Of a DNA stretch of 64,000 nucleotides, positions 36,804-46,020 are shown piece after piece. The DNA is from a virus (taxonomy: Duplodnaviria; Heunggongvirae; Uroviricota; Caudoviricetes). The stretch covers positions 84,278-148,277 of IMG/VR virus record IMGVR_UViG_3300028887_000002; one strand, 5' to 3'. The position numbers and the translations under genes were made by a program. How positions within the stretch are numbered: the stretch's first letter is position 1; each line of letters starts with the position of its first letter. The notes beneath the pieces were generated by a model that ran no database searches, had not been told where the DNA came from, and worked only from the letters and a program-made list of their open reading frames with translations.

Positions 36804-36912
36804 TATAGTCTATAAGACGTTATATATTAAAAAACATAAAAGTTTTTAATTTACTTTTATGTTTTAAAGTAGAATATTATTATAAGACGTCTTATTATAT
36901 ATTAGACTATAT
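36804..36912. repeat. Nested AT-rich inverted repeats/palindromes
   Basis: tatagtcta...tagactata; aaaacataaaagt/acttttatgtttt; tataagacgt twice; ataagacgtcttat. Confidence 0.7.
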
Positions 36913-37043
36913 ATGTCCATTGTTCAAGTTGAATGGGCTAGGTGTGAAAATCCCCACTTATCAAAAATTGAAGAAAATTTGCATTTTTGGATTTGAGTTG
37001 ACTATTTATTAAGTAAAATAACTATATAAAAATTTATTGAAAT

Positions 37044-40000
37044 ATGGCAATAATGAACAATACTGGACGTAAACACTCAACACCTGGTGTTTATTTTAGT
37101 GAAGTTGATATGACATATGCTTCAAAGTCACTGGGTATCACTACGCTGGGCGTTACTGGTGAAACACTCCGTGGTCCTGCCTTTCAACCGATGATGATTG
37201 AGAACTGGAGACAGTTCCAGACTTATTTCGGTGGTACTTCAGTTGAAAAGTACAGAGGCAGTCAGTATCCAAAGTACGAACTTCCGTACATAGCAAAGAC
37301 CTACTTGGAGCAGTCACAGCAACTTGAAGTCGTAAGGGTATTGGGACTCAGCGGTGTTAACGCAGGTCCTGCTTGGGTACTCACAGCAACAAAGCATAAG
37401 TTATACACGGGTTATTCGTACACTGAGATTGAAAAAGAACCCGAAGTACCAGAAGGATATTGGGATGACAAGACTTTCCCGTCAGACGCAGATGTACCTC
37501 AGATTCCAAACGTAACCGAAATTGACCCCGACTATGTAAGGGTTCTTGAAGGCTACAAGTGGAAAACTGACTGCTACTACGAACCGACTGTTACATTTGA
37601 CGAAAACGAGACCTACATTGACGGTGAAACTCTTCCAGAACCTTACGAGAATGGCTTGATGAGAATCGTTAACAGCACAAGAATCGTTGACGTTAAGGTA
37701 GTAAATCCTAACGATGCACAGGCTTACCAGGAATACCTTGAAGAATACAACCTTGATGCTGAAACAAGGGCTAACATACTTGCCCACGGTGCAATGGTTG
37801 CAAAACTTGGTGTACCTACAAGTGATGTTACCTACTGGATGGTTAAGTTTGATGAAAATCCTGCTACTACAAGCAGTCCTGCTGCAACTATTCAGATGTT
37901 GAACGACAATGCTGAATATGTACAGGACGAAAACAGCGGTGTTATCACATTGCCTGCTGGCAGTGAATACTTCCTGTTGAGTTTTGACCAGATAGCAGAT
38001 TTCCCGACTGAATTTGATACCCTTGATTCAAGCAATTTCTGCGTTGTAACAATCGATTCAGCAGACTTGGATATTACTGGTTCAAGCGTAACGCCAAAGT
38101 ACATCTACTATCATTCAGAACCATACTACGCATACTACAAGAAGGTTTACAAGGTAAATGTTCAGACCGAAGAGGAAGATACCTGTTCAAATTACCTTAA
38201 CACGGTAATCGGTGTATTGCGTTCACGTGGCGAACACAAGAAGGCTAAACTCTTGAGAACTCCGACTGAAAGCGACATTGAAAACGGTATCTGTGAAGAT
38301 GTTTATGAATACGATGGTATCGAATACTATGCTAAGGAAGTTAAATTGGTTCCTTCAAGCACTCTTAAACTCGGTAGTTCATGCAACCCAGGCTTCTCGG
38401 CAACAACTGGCGATTTCAGCATTGACGCTAACAACTACGGTACTTTCACAATCGAAGTTACTTATGCTTACGATGATAATAACGAACCATTGATACATCG
38501 TTATCCTGTAACTCTCAACAAGGGTGACAAGAACTATATCTACAACGTAATCGGCGGTGACCCAGAGGTTGGCGAATCCGAAGTTTATGTTGAAGAACTT
38601 TATGATGTTTCACTTGAACAACTCATTGAAAGCGGTGAAGTAAATGCAATCAATAGCGAATTGGTATCATACCCAGAAGTGTACATCGTTCCAGACCTCA
38701 AGCCTGTTAATGACTTGCTGACTATGCCTGAATCAAGCCTTACAAAGAAGGACTTGGGTAAGAGATTCCTCTACAGCGCCAACGAATCGGTTGTTGAAGA
38801 AGAAGGTGTAGTTACTCCGATAACAGTTCACTATTCATTTGACAACGGCAACACTTGGGTTGAAGCAGAAGGCAAGACTGGATACATCTACACGGTTGTA
38901 AGTCACCTCAAGACTGATGGTAAGAAGGAATATTTCTATGGAGCATACGTTGCTAACATTGAATTCGGCTACGAAAAGACAAGTTGTCTTGATATTCCTA
39001 AGTCATATGAATGGTTCAAGTGTACTGAATCCATATCGGGCGCAGTAAAGAACACTTTCGGTTATGATGATGGTTTTGATGAGACCAACTTTGAAGAGTT
39101 CCTTGCTAACTACGACACGACTGTTGAGTCTCCGCAGTACATGAGACTTGTAATCGGTGGTTTGACAACTACTGACGAGGGTGACGATACATTTATGTGC
39201 TACAAGAAGGTTATAACAAGCCTCGTTGATTCGACCAACGCAACCTACAAGACTGAATACATTACCCCGTTCAACTACAAGACTGACGTAGAGGCTGAGG
39301 GTACTCGTATTTTCAGAAATACGGTTGAAGTTCTTGCCGACAGGATGTACTACATTTACCTTGAAGATGATGATGTTTATCCTATCACACTTGACTTCAA
39401 CAACTACAAGGAACAGTACAGATATGCTTCGACTCCTTGGATACTTTCCGAAATCAAGGGTTCGGCTACTGATATTGAATTGAACAGACTTTTCAGATTC
39501 CACACCATTTCTGATGGTAGTGATTCTTCTGTAGAAGTTAAGATTTCAATTGAAAACATTGACCCTGACAATGGTGTATTTGACGTAGTTGTTCGTGATT
39601 TCAATGACAATGACTACAATATCAATGTTCTTGAACGTTATGGTAAGGTTAACCTTACCCCAGGCGACCCAGATTACATTGCATTGCGTATCGGTTCGTT
39701 TGATGAAACTTACGAATCTGTTTCAAAGTACATCACGGTTGAAGTCAACGAAAACGACAAGACTAGAAAATCGATACCTTGCGGTTTCTTGGGTTATCCT
39801 GTAAGAAACTACTACGGACTTGGTGTTTACGAAAGTGAGATGCATTATAAAAAGGTTGCTGAATCAAAGGTAACTGTTGATGATTCCTACTGGACTGAAC
39901 ATCCTGAATATACCAAGCAGAGCGAGGAAGAAATCATTTCAATTGAACCTACTTATGACTCACCTGAATACTTGAGATACCCAATCAACTCAACAAGTTA

Positions 40001-41483
40001 TGTATACTATGAAAAGGTTGACCAGATTCGTCCTACACAACCTTATTTCAGATACAACACAACTGTTGACGAGGATGTAAGAATCAAGAAGCAGTACTTT
40101 GGTCTTTCTGATATTTCGGGTATTGACGAGGATATGTTAAAGTATAAGGGTGTTGAGGCTTACAATGGTTTACCTGATGGTATGACTGCTGCATTCCACC
40201 TTGATGCTCGTATTTTCAACGGCAAGCCAGACCCAGACGGGTATATCTACGATGGTGAATTGAAACAGAAGGTTACAGTTGATGGTATTACTGGTTATAG
40301 TTGGGTTACCGTATCGAAGAACGAAGTTACCAGCGCAGGTGAAGAACCAAGAATGGGTACTTCCGAAACTATGATGGGTACTATCTATGAAGACAAGAAA
40401 TACCGCAAGTTCACTTGCTGCTTCTACGGCGGTTGGGATGGATGGGACTACTACCGTACATCACGTTCGAACTCTGACGAATACCGTTACAGCAAGTATA
40501 AGGGTGCTATCAACAAGTCAAGCGGACACGGAACAATGTTCAACGTTCTCAGCAACCCAGAGGCTTTTGGTTTCAGTGGTGAGGACAGAATCATAACTTC
40601 CGACTACTATGCTTACCTTGCTGGTGTTAAGCAATTCTCCAACCCGAAGGTTATTGAAATCAATGTACTTGCAACTCCTGGTATTGACTATGTTAACCAG
40701 CCAGCACTCGTTGATGAGGTAATTGAAATGGTTGAGGATGAAAGGGCTGACGCACTTTATGTTGTAACTACACCTGACAAGCCGTTTGGCGCTTCTGACA
40801 ACGAAAGTGAAATGTACACCCCAGAAGATGCTGTTTACAACCTTGAGGATACTGGTATTGACAGCAACCATGTTTGTACTTACTATCCTTGGGAGAAGTA
40901 TTTCGACAGTGCAAACAGCCAGTACATCTACTTGCCTATCACCCGTGATGTTTGCCGTAGCATTGCCTACACAGACAACATTGCTTATCCGTGGTACGCC
41001 GCTGCTGGTTGGAACCGTGGTAACTTGAGCGGTGTCCGCCCAAGAAAGAAACTGAAACTCGGCGAACAGGATACCTTGTATGATGGACGTATTAATTTCA
41101 TCAACTCGTTTGCTAACGAAGGTGATAAGATTTGGGGTGACAAGAACCTCCAGGTTGCTGAATCACAGATGAACAGGATTTCAAAGAGGAGACTTATGCT
41201 CCGTATTAAGAAACTCTGTGAAAACGCTTGCATCAGCCTGATATTCGACCCGAACGACCCGACAGCAGGAAAAACCTTCCGTACTGTTGTCAGCGACATT
41301 CTCGACAATATCAAGTCCAACCGTGGTATCACTGACTACAGGATTGAAATTGACGACAGCCCTGAGGCTCGTGAAAGATTAGAACTCAATGCGACAATCT
41401 ACATTAAGCCGACACAGTTGTTGGAATATATTGATATTCAAGCAGTTATAACCCCACAATCAACAAACTTCTCAATTGGTTAA
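37044..41483 (+). CDS. Tail sheath protein with large insertions
   Basis: TPGVYFSEVD N-terminus; LATPGID, YYPW, PWYAAAGWNRG, IWGDKNL, RISKRRL, IYIKPT. Confidence 0.92.
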   Translation: MAIMNNTGRKHSTPGVYFSEVDMTYASKSLGITTLGVTGETLRGPAFQPMMIENWRQFQTYFGGTSVEKYRGSQYPKYELPYIAKTYLEQSQQLEVVRVLGLSGVNAGPAWVLTATKHKLYTGYSYTEIEKEPEVPEGYWDDKTFPSDADVPQIPNVTEIDPDYVRVLEGYKWKTDCYYEPTVTFDENETYIDGETLPEPYENGLMRIVNSTRIVDVKVVNPNDAQAYQEYLEEYNLDAETRANILAHGAMVAKLGVPTSDVTYWMVKFDENPATTSSPAATIQMLNDNAEYVQDENSGVITLPAGSEYFLLSFDQIADFPTEFDTLDSSNFCVVTIDSADLDITGSSVTPKYIYYHSEPYYAYYKKVYKVNVQTEEEDTCSNYLNTVIGVLRSRGEHKKAKLLRTPTESDIENGICEDVYEYDGIEYYAKEVKLVPSSTLKLGSSCNPGFSATTGDFSIDANNYGTFTIEVTYAYDDNNEPLIHRYPVTLNKGDKNYIYNVIGGDPEVGESEVYVEELYDVSLEQLIESGEVNAINSELVSYPEVYIVPDLKPVNDLLTMPESSLTKKDLGKRFLYSANESVVEEEGVVTPITVHYSFDNGNTWVEAEGKTGYIYTVVSHLKTDGKKEYFYGAYVANIEFGYEKTSCLDIPKSYEWFKCTESISGAVKNTFGYDDGFDETNFEEFLANYDTTVESPQYMRLVIGGLTTTDEGDDTFMCYKKVITSLVDSTNATYKTEYITPFNYKTDVEAEGTRIFRNTVEVLADRMYYIYLEDDDVYPITLDFNNYKEQYRYASTPWILSEIKGSATDIELNRLFRFHTISDGSDSSVEVKISIENIDPDNGVFDVVVRDFNDNDYNINVLERYGKVNLTPGDPDYIALRIGSFDETYESVSKYITVEVNENDKTRKSIPCGFLGYPVRNYYGLGVYESEMHYKKVAESKVTVDDSYWTEHPEYTKQSEEEIISIEPTYDSPEYLRYPINSTSYVYYEKVDQIRPTQPYFRYNTTVDEDVRIKKQYFGLSDISGIDEDMLKYKGVEAYNGLPDGMTAAFHLDARIFNGKPDPDGYIYDGELKQKVTVDGITGYSWVTVSKNEVTSAGEEPRMGTSETMMGTIYEDKKYRKFTCCFYGGWDGWDYYRTSRSNSDEYRYSKYKGAINKSSGHGTMFNVLSNPEAFGFSGEDRIITSDYYAYLAGVKQFSNPKVIEINVLATPGIDYVNQPALVDEVIEMVEDERADALYVVTTPDKPFGASDNESEMYTPEDAVYNLEDTGIDSNHVCTYYPWEKYFDSANSQYIYLPITRDVCRSIAYTDNIAYPWYAAAGWNRGNLSGVRPRKKLKLGEQDTLYDGRINFINSFANEGDKIWGDKNLQVAESQMNRISKRRLMLRIKKLCENACISLIFDPNDPTAGKTFRTVVSDILDNIKSNRGITDYRIEIDDSPEARERLELNATIYIKPTQLLEYIDIQAVITPQSTNFSIG

Positions 41484-41500
41484 CCAAAAATTTTCTCACA

Positions 41501-41539
41501 AAAATAGGCGCATTATCTAATGCGCTTATTTTTTTTTTT
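41501..41539 (+). terminator. Intrinsic terminator
   Basis: aataggcgcatta-tc-taatgcgcttatt + U-tract. Confidence 0.75.
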
Positions 41540-41623
41540 CACTCCTTATGAAAAATAGTTTACCAAAATTATCATTTCCCACTAATTATAATTGATAATA
41601 AGAAGAAAAAATATTTTTTCGAT

Positions 41624-41989
41624 ATGAAAAAAAATTATAGTAATATTTCACGCATCAACAAGATGCTTACGGAAAATGCCAAGAGACGTATGACATTGGA
41701 AAACCTCATTATGGATAACGGTGAGTACGATGAATATGACAATGGTGAAGATATGGGGTTTGAAGAAGATGGAAATGTTGATATACCAGAAGGCGGTAAT
41801 AATACCAACGCAAAGGAATTAATAAATGATATCAGACAGATTGCATTGCAGGGTGTATCTTCATTGGCAAGTAATGTTACTGACCCAATGTACGAAGTAT
41901 TCAAGAAGATTTGGAATATTTGTGACAGCAGTGTAAATATTGAAAACAAGAATAAGATGTCCAAGGATGGACAAAATGGTATAAAATAA
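41624..41989 (+). CDS. Hypothetical protein
   Basis: 121-aa ORF between sheath and tube. Confidence 0.8.
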   Translation: MKKNYSNISRINKMLTENAKRRMTLENLIMDNGEYDEYDNGEDMGFEEDGNVDIPEGGNNTNAKELINDIRQIALQGVSSLASNVTDPMYEVFKKIWNICDSSVNIENKNKMSKDGQNGIK

Positions 41990-42012
41990 ATTGAAATAAA
42001 AAACATACAATT

Positions 42013-42501
42013 ATGTCAGATTTATTGATAAAAGCGCCTATTGAATACGAACTTTTAAGAAAGAATCGTTTCTTGCTCCGTTTCCCGTCAGACTTGGGAA
42101 TACAGGAATGGTGGGTGGATAGTGGCAACAGGCCTCATTTTTCACAGAACTCAACTGATATACATTTTCTGAATACTCAGACCTATGTAATCGGTAAGTA
42201 CAAATGGGAAACCATGTCGTTTACATTACGTGACCCAATAGGTCCGTCGGCATCACAGGCTGTGATGGAATGGGTACGTCTTCACTCCGAATCAATCACT
42301 GGCCGTCAGGGTTATGCTTGCGCATATAAGCGCGACCTTATCCTTGAAATGCTTGACCCTACTGGAACTGCAATTTCACAGTGGATTATCAAGGGTGCGA
42401 TGATTACTGATGTAAACTTCGGCGACCTTAACTATAGTAGTGATGATTTGGCTACAATTGAAATGACAATTCAGCCAGCATACTGTATCTTGTCGTTCTA
42501 A
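42013..42501 (+). CDS. Tail tube protein (T4 gp19-like)
   Basis: RKNRFLLRF, LRDPIGPSASQAVMEW, LDPTG..WIIKGA, FGDLNY. Confidence 0.88.
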   Translation: MSDLLIKAPIEYELLRKNRFLLRFPSDLGIQEWWVDSGNRPHFSQNSTDIHFLNTQTYVIGKYKWETMSFTLRDPIGPSASQAVMEWVRLHSESITGRQGYACAYKRDLILEMLDPTGTAISQWIIKGAMITDVNFGDLNYSSDDLATIEMTIQPAYCILSF

Positions 42502-42617
42502 GAATTGGTTTTGGAACATTCGATAATGTAAGCGGATATCTTGTTATATACCGCTTGCATTTCTATTTTTATAAGAAATATTATGAAAAATATAACCAAT
42601 ATCATTTATATAAACTT

Positions 42618-43157
42618 ATGCGACAGCCGATAAAGGGAGAACACAAGAAACCTAAAACCATAATTCCTTCAAGACGTAAGGTAGTGAAGAAATATGGAAC
42701 ATCGAAACTTGAAACTTTTTTTGCTCATGAATACCTTGACCGTTTGGGGTTGAAATACATATACGAATACAACGCCAAAGATATCGGTAGGTTTTTTGAT
42801 TTTGCGATAACAATCTATGATTATGATTATATTATGGAATCGAAGAATGATATTGTTGGCGTTCGGCAGGAGAAACAGATAGTACCGATTGCCTTTATGA
42901 TTGAGATTGATGGTGACTGGTATCATGGAAACAAGGAAGTTTTAGGTGAAAAGAAATTAACCAAAATGCAGTTAAGGAATAAGGTTGTTGATGCTATCAA
43001 GGATAAGTGGTGTGCAATGCATCACATTCCAATATTAAGACTTTGGGAAAATGATGTTAGGAAAAATCCTAAGAAGATATTTGATGAACTGAATGCTTTT
43101 ATCGATGAAGCCAAGAGGCAACGTCGAATTCTTGAAACAAAACAAAGGCCTCATTAA
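42618..43157 (+). CDS. Vsr/DUF559-like endonuclease
   Basis: SKLE, FDF, IEIDGDWYHG, ILRLWENDV. Confidence 0.75.
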   Translation: MRQPIKGEHKKPKTIIPSRRKVVKKYGTSKLETFFAHEYLDRLGLKYIYEYNAKDIGRFFDFAITIYDYDYIMESKNDIVGVRQEKQIVPIAFMIEIDGDWYHGNKEVLGEKKLTKMQLRNKVVDAIKDKWCAMHHIPILRLWENDVRKNPKKIFDELNAFIDEAKRQRRILETKQRPH

Positions 43158-43215
43158 AAGTTGGTTTTATTTTATTATTCCACTATTTTATTTGGAGAAA
43201 AAAAAATACAAGTTT

Positions 43216-43836
43216 ATGAATGCAGTCGGTAAAAAAGAATCAACCTATACGCTTATGGTTCCTTATAATTACGGGGATGCCATAGAAGATTACAACTATA
43301 ATGGGCGTGATTTTACAAAAGAAGAATATGCCAAGATGGTTATTGACAGTTACAAAAAATACAAGGGCGGTATTATTGAGACGCTCAATCAGAGAGGTAT
43401 TGGTCACAATCTTGCATTAAACAACTTAAAAAAAGAGAATGTAAGATTTAAGGCAACTGCCAACTATTTTGTCGGGACGAAGATAAACCTATACGACTTG
43501 AACAACCAGGAGCCGAGCATTGACGCATTAATACATTACTATCAAACGGGTGAACCTTTTATTCTTATGATTAATATGTATCATTTAGGTGATATGGAAC
43601 TTGCTGACCTTGAAAGTGATATAAAGAATTGGGGGCGAGAAAGCCGTAAGATTATGAACTCAAAGAAGTTTACTGAAGCAGAAAAGATTACAGGTCTTTC
43701 AAAGAAGGACTTGAAGTTGAAGTTTGATGATGCAAAGTCCTGTGCGATATTGAAGAACTGCAAAATGATTGAATATATCAACAACCGAAAGTTCGCCTTT
43801 CTTGTTGAACGGATAATTTTTATAACAGAAGGATGA
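43216..43836 (+). CDS. Hypothetical protein
   Basis: ATG at 43216 follows TTGGTT-N17-TATTTT (43161-43189). Confidence 0.75.
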   Translation: MNAVGKKESTYTLMVPYNYGDAIEDYNYNGRDFTKEEYAKMVIDSYKKYKGGIIETLNQRGIGHNLALNNLKKENVRFKATANYFVGTKINLYDLNNQEPSIDALIHYYQTGEPFILMINMYHLGDMELADLESDIKNWGRESRKIMNSKKFTEAEKITGLSKKDLKLKFDDAKSCAILKNCKMIEYINNRKFAFLVERIIFITEG

Positions 43837-43837
43837 T

Positions 43838-44206
43838 ATGGGTTGGATATTGGAACACGTCAGTGACGAAATAGTGAAGAATAGTGCCGAATACAAGGAA
43901 CTTCAAAAGTCAATGGTTGAAGAATCGGTGCTTGAAAGATACATTCTCCCGAAACGTGATGAAATTCTCGCCATAAACGAACTTGCTGAGGTTAAGGCTA
44001 AGGAGAAGAATAAGGAGATAAGACGTATCGTAGAAGAAAGGTTGAATTTGGAAGAAGGCCGATGTGGAACGCCTCAAAATACAGAGAAAACATACGAAAC
44101 AACTATGACAAAATATCAGGAGTTTGAGATTGAACGAGCAAAGAAACTCCTTCAAGAACAAGGATATGATGTAGTGAAGAAAGAAGAAATAAATAATTTG
44201 AAATAA
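43838..44206 (+). CDS. Hypothetical coiled-coil protein
   Basis: 122-aa ORF. Confidence 0.75.
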   Translation: MGWILEHVSDEIVKNSAEYKELQKSMVEESVLERYILPKRDEILAINELAEVKAKEKNKEIRRIVEERLNLEEGRCGTPQNTEKTYETTMTKYQEFEIERAKKLLQEQGYDVVKKEEINNLK

Positions 44207-44220
44207 AAGAATTTAACTAT

Positions 44221-45792
44221 ATGGACGGCACTATGACAAAGAACGGAAAGACAAAATACAACCGCGACAAACAACTTGCGATTTTAAAGGCTGAAAACCA
44301 AATGCTTGAGGATGCAAAGCAGAGTATACTTGAAAAGATTGGTGATAATGGTGACACATTAATTGAACAGATTTCAAATGCTCAGGAGGAAAATCTTAGA
44401 TTAGGACGCGAACAACTTGGTGCGTCCCCCAACGAGATAAAGAATGCTGAGTATGGAGAACCTTCCAAACTGGAGGTTGAAAAGTACGAACGACATCTTA
44501 AAGCCCGCAAGGTAAGTGATGCTGAAATGAGACGCAAGGATATTACAGTCCAACTCGTGGAAAAGGAAAAGAAGGATGGAAAACTATTAAAAGGCTTTGG
44601 TGATAAGGTACTGACTGTGGTTTCAGGAAAGAAAAAAAAGAAAGTGGAAGATGAAGAAGAAGTCATAACCAAGAGTGCAAGCGAACTTTTTGAAGGTAGA
44701 ACTGAAAAAGGCTTGGGGTATGTTGAAGAAGAAAGCACAAAGAAGGTAAGTTCTGAAAAGATGAACAAGCAGTTGGTTGATATTGCGGAAGAAATTGCAA
44801 AGCCGATTGATGAAGCCCCCAATGTTGTTGAGACTAATACCAGCGTCCTTGACAGTTTTGACCCACGTGACATTCCCGACTATGTTCAGTATGACATAAT
44901 TCCATTGCCTTCAAAGGGCAAGTGCTATCCAGTTGGTAGTCCTTTAAGATGTGGTAGGATACCAGTGGCGTATCTGACTGCTTCGGACGAGAACCTTATT
45001 GCATCACCAAATATGTATCGTGACGGATTGTTGATTGATACTATCATCAAACGTAAAGTATTGGATAAGAATATTGATACGGATGAATTGGTAAGAGGCG
45101 ACAAGGATGCGATTGCATTGTGGCTTAGGGCGACAGCCTACGGCAACGAATTCCCGATAGTCGTGAGAAACCCGAAGGATGTTTCAAAGAAATACGACAG
45201 GGTTGTAGACCTTTCATCGTTTGAGTATCTGCCGTTTGATATTGAGTCGGATGAAGACGGATATTTTGAATACAAGACTTCCAATGGGGATATAATCAAG
45301 TTCAGCGTATTGAATACAAGGGAATATAAGGATATTGAGAAGTTGATGCGCAAGGACTTGGTAAACGAGAGTAAGACACAGGTGGTTGAAAATATCACCA
45401 GCATACTTGAAAGCATCAATATTAACCGTGACAACATTGATTCCAACGACCTTGAAATCTTGAAGGAATCCTGTTCAAACATTAGAACTTGGGCTGAAAC
45501 ACTACCAGATAAAAAAGAAAAGTTGCCCGCTTCAAATACTCTTTATAGCGAAACGATAACGATGGAAATGAAGAAGTACACCAAGTCGGTAAACGGTAAT
45601 AGTAATAGGGAATATGTTGAAAAATACATTGAAAATATGCGGGCAGGAGAATCAAAGAAGTACCGAGAATATGTAAAGGCAAACATTCCTGGTGTTGATT
45701 TTAGTATAAAGATAGAAATCCCCGAAGCTGATGGAGGCGGCTTCTTTAATACCTTTCTTACCTACGATGACACTATTTTCATCAATATATGA
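44221..45792 (+). CDS. Baseplate hub / tail assembly protein (gp26-like C-terminal domain)
   Basis: IPLPSKGKCY, YLTASDEN, GDKDAIALWLRATAYG. Confidence 0.7.
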   Translation: MDGTMTKNGKTKYNRDKQLAILKAENQMLEDAKQSILEKIGDNGDTLIEQISNAQEENLRLGREQLGASPNEIKNAEYGEPSKLEVEKYERHLKARKVSDAEMRRKDITVQLVEKEKKDGKLLKGFGDKVLTVVSGKKKKKVEDEEEVITKSASELFEGRTEKGLGYVEEESTKKVSSEKMNKQLVDIAEEIAKPIDEAPNVVETNTSVLDSFDPRDIPDYVQYDIIPLPSKGKCYPVGSPLRCGRIPVAYLTASDENLIASPNMYRDGLLIDTIIKRKVLDKNIDTDELVRGDKDAIALWLRATAYGNEFPIVVRNPKDVSKKYDRVVDLSSFEYLPFDIESDEDGYFEYKTSNGDIIKFSVLNTREYKDIEKLMRKDLVNESKTQVVENITSILESININRDNIDSNDLEILKESCSNIRTWAETLPDKKEKLPASNTLYSETITMEMKKYTKSVNGNSNREYVEKYIENMRAGESKKYREYVKANIPGVDFSIKIEIPEADGGGFFNTFLTYDDTIFINI

Positions 45793-45967
45793 CCCGCAGT
45801 ATGAGAAACGATTAAAAGAAGAATTATATTCCTGTCATAAAAATATGAAACTCTCAATGACGGAACTCCTCAGGATGCCAGTAATGGACAGACGGGCGTA
45901 CATTGGCGTGCATAATAAGTTAAGCGAAGAGGAAAGGAAACGAATGGAAGAGAAATCAAGGCATTAA
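45767..45967 (+). CDS. Small tail-assembly protein overlapping the hub gene
   Basis: ELLRMPVMDRRAYI; sits directly before tape measure; start uncertain. Confidence 0.6.
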   Translation: MTLFSSIYDPQYEKRLKEELYSCHKNMKLSMTELLRMPVMDRRAYIGVHNKLSEEERKRMEEKSRH

Positions 45968-46020
45968 TTTGGTGAAATTAGTGCCTTTTTGATATTTATT
46001 GTAGATTAATTTTTATTGTG

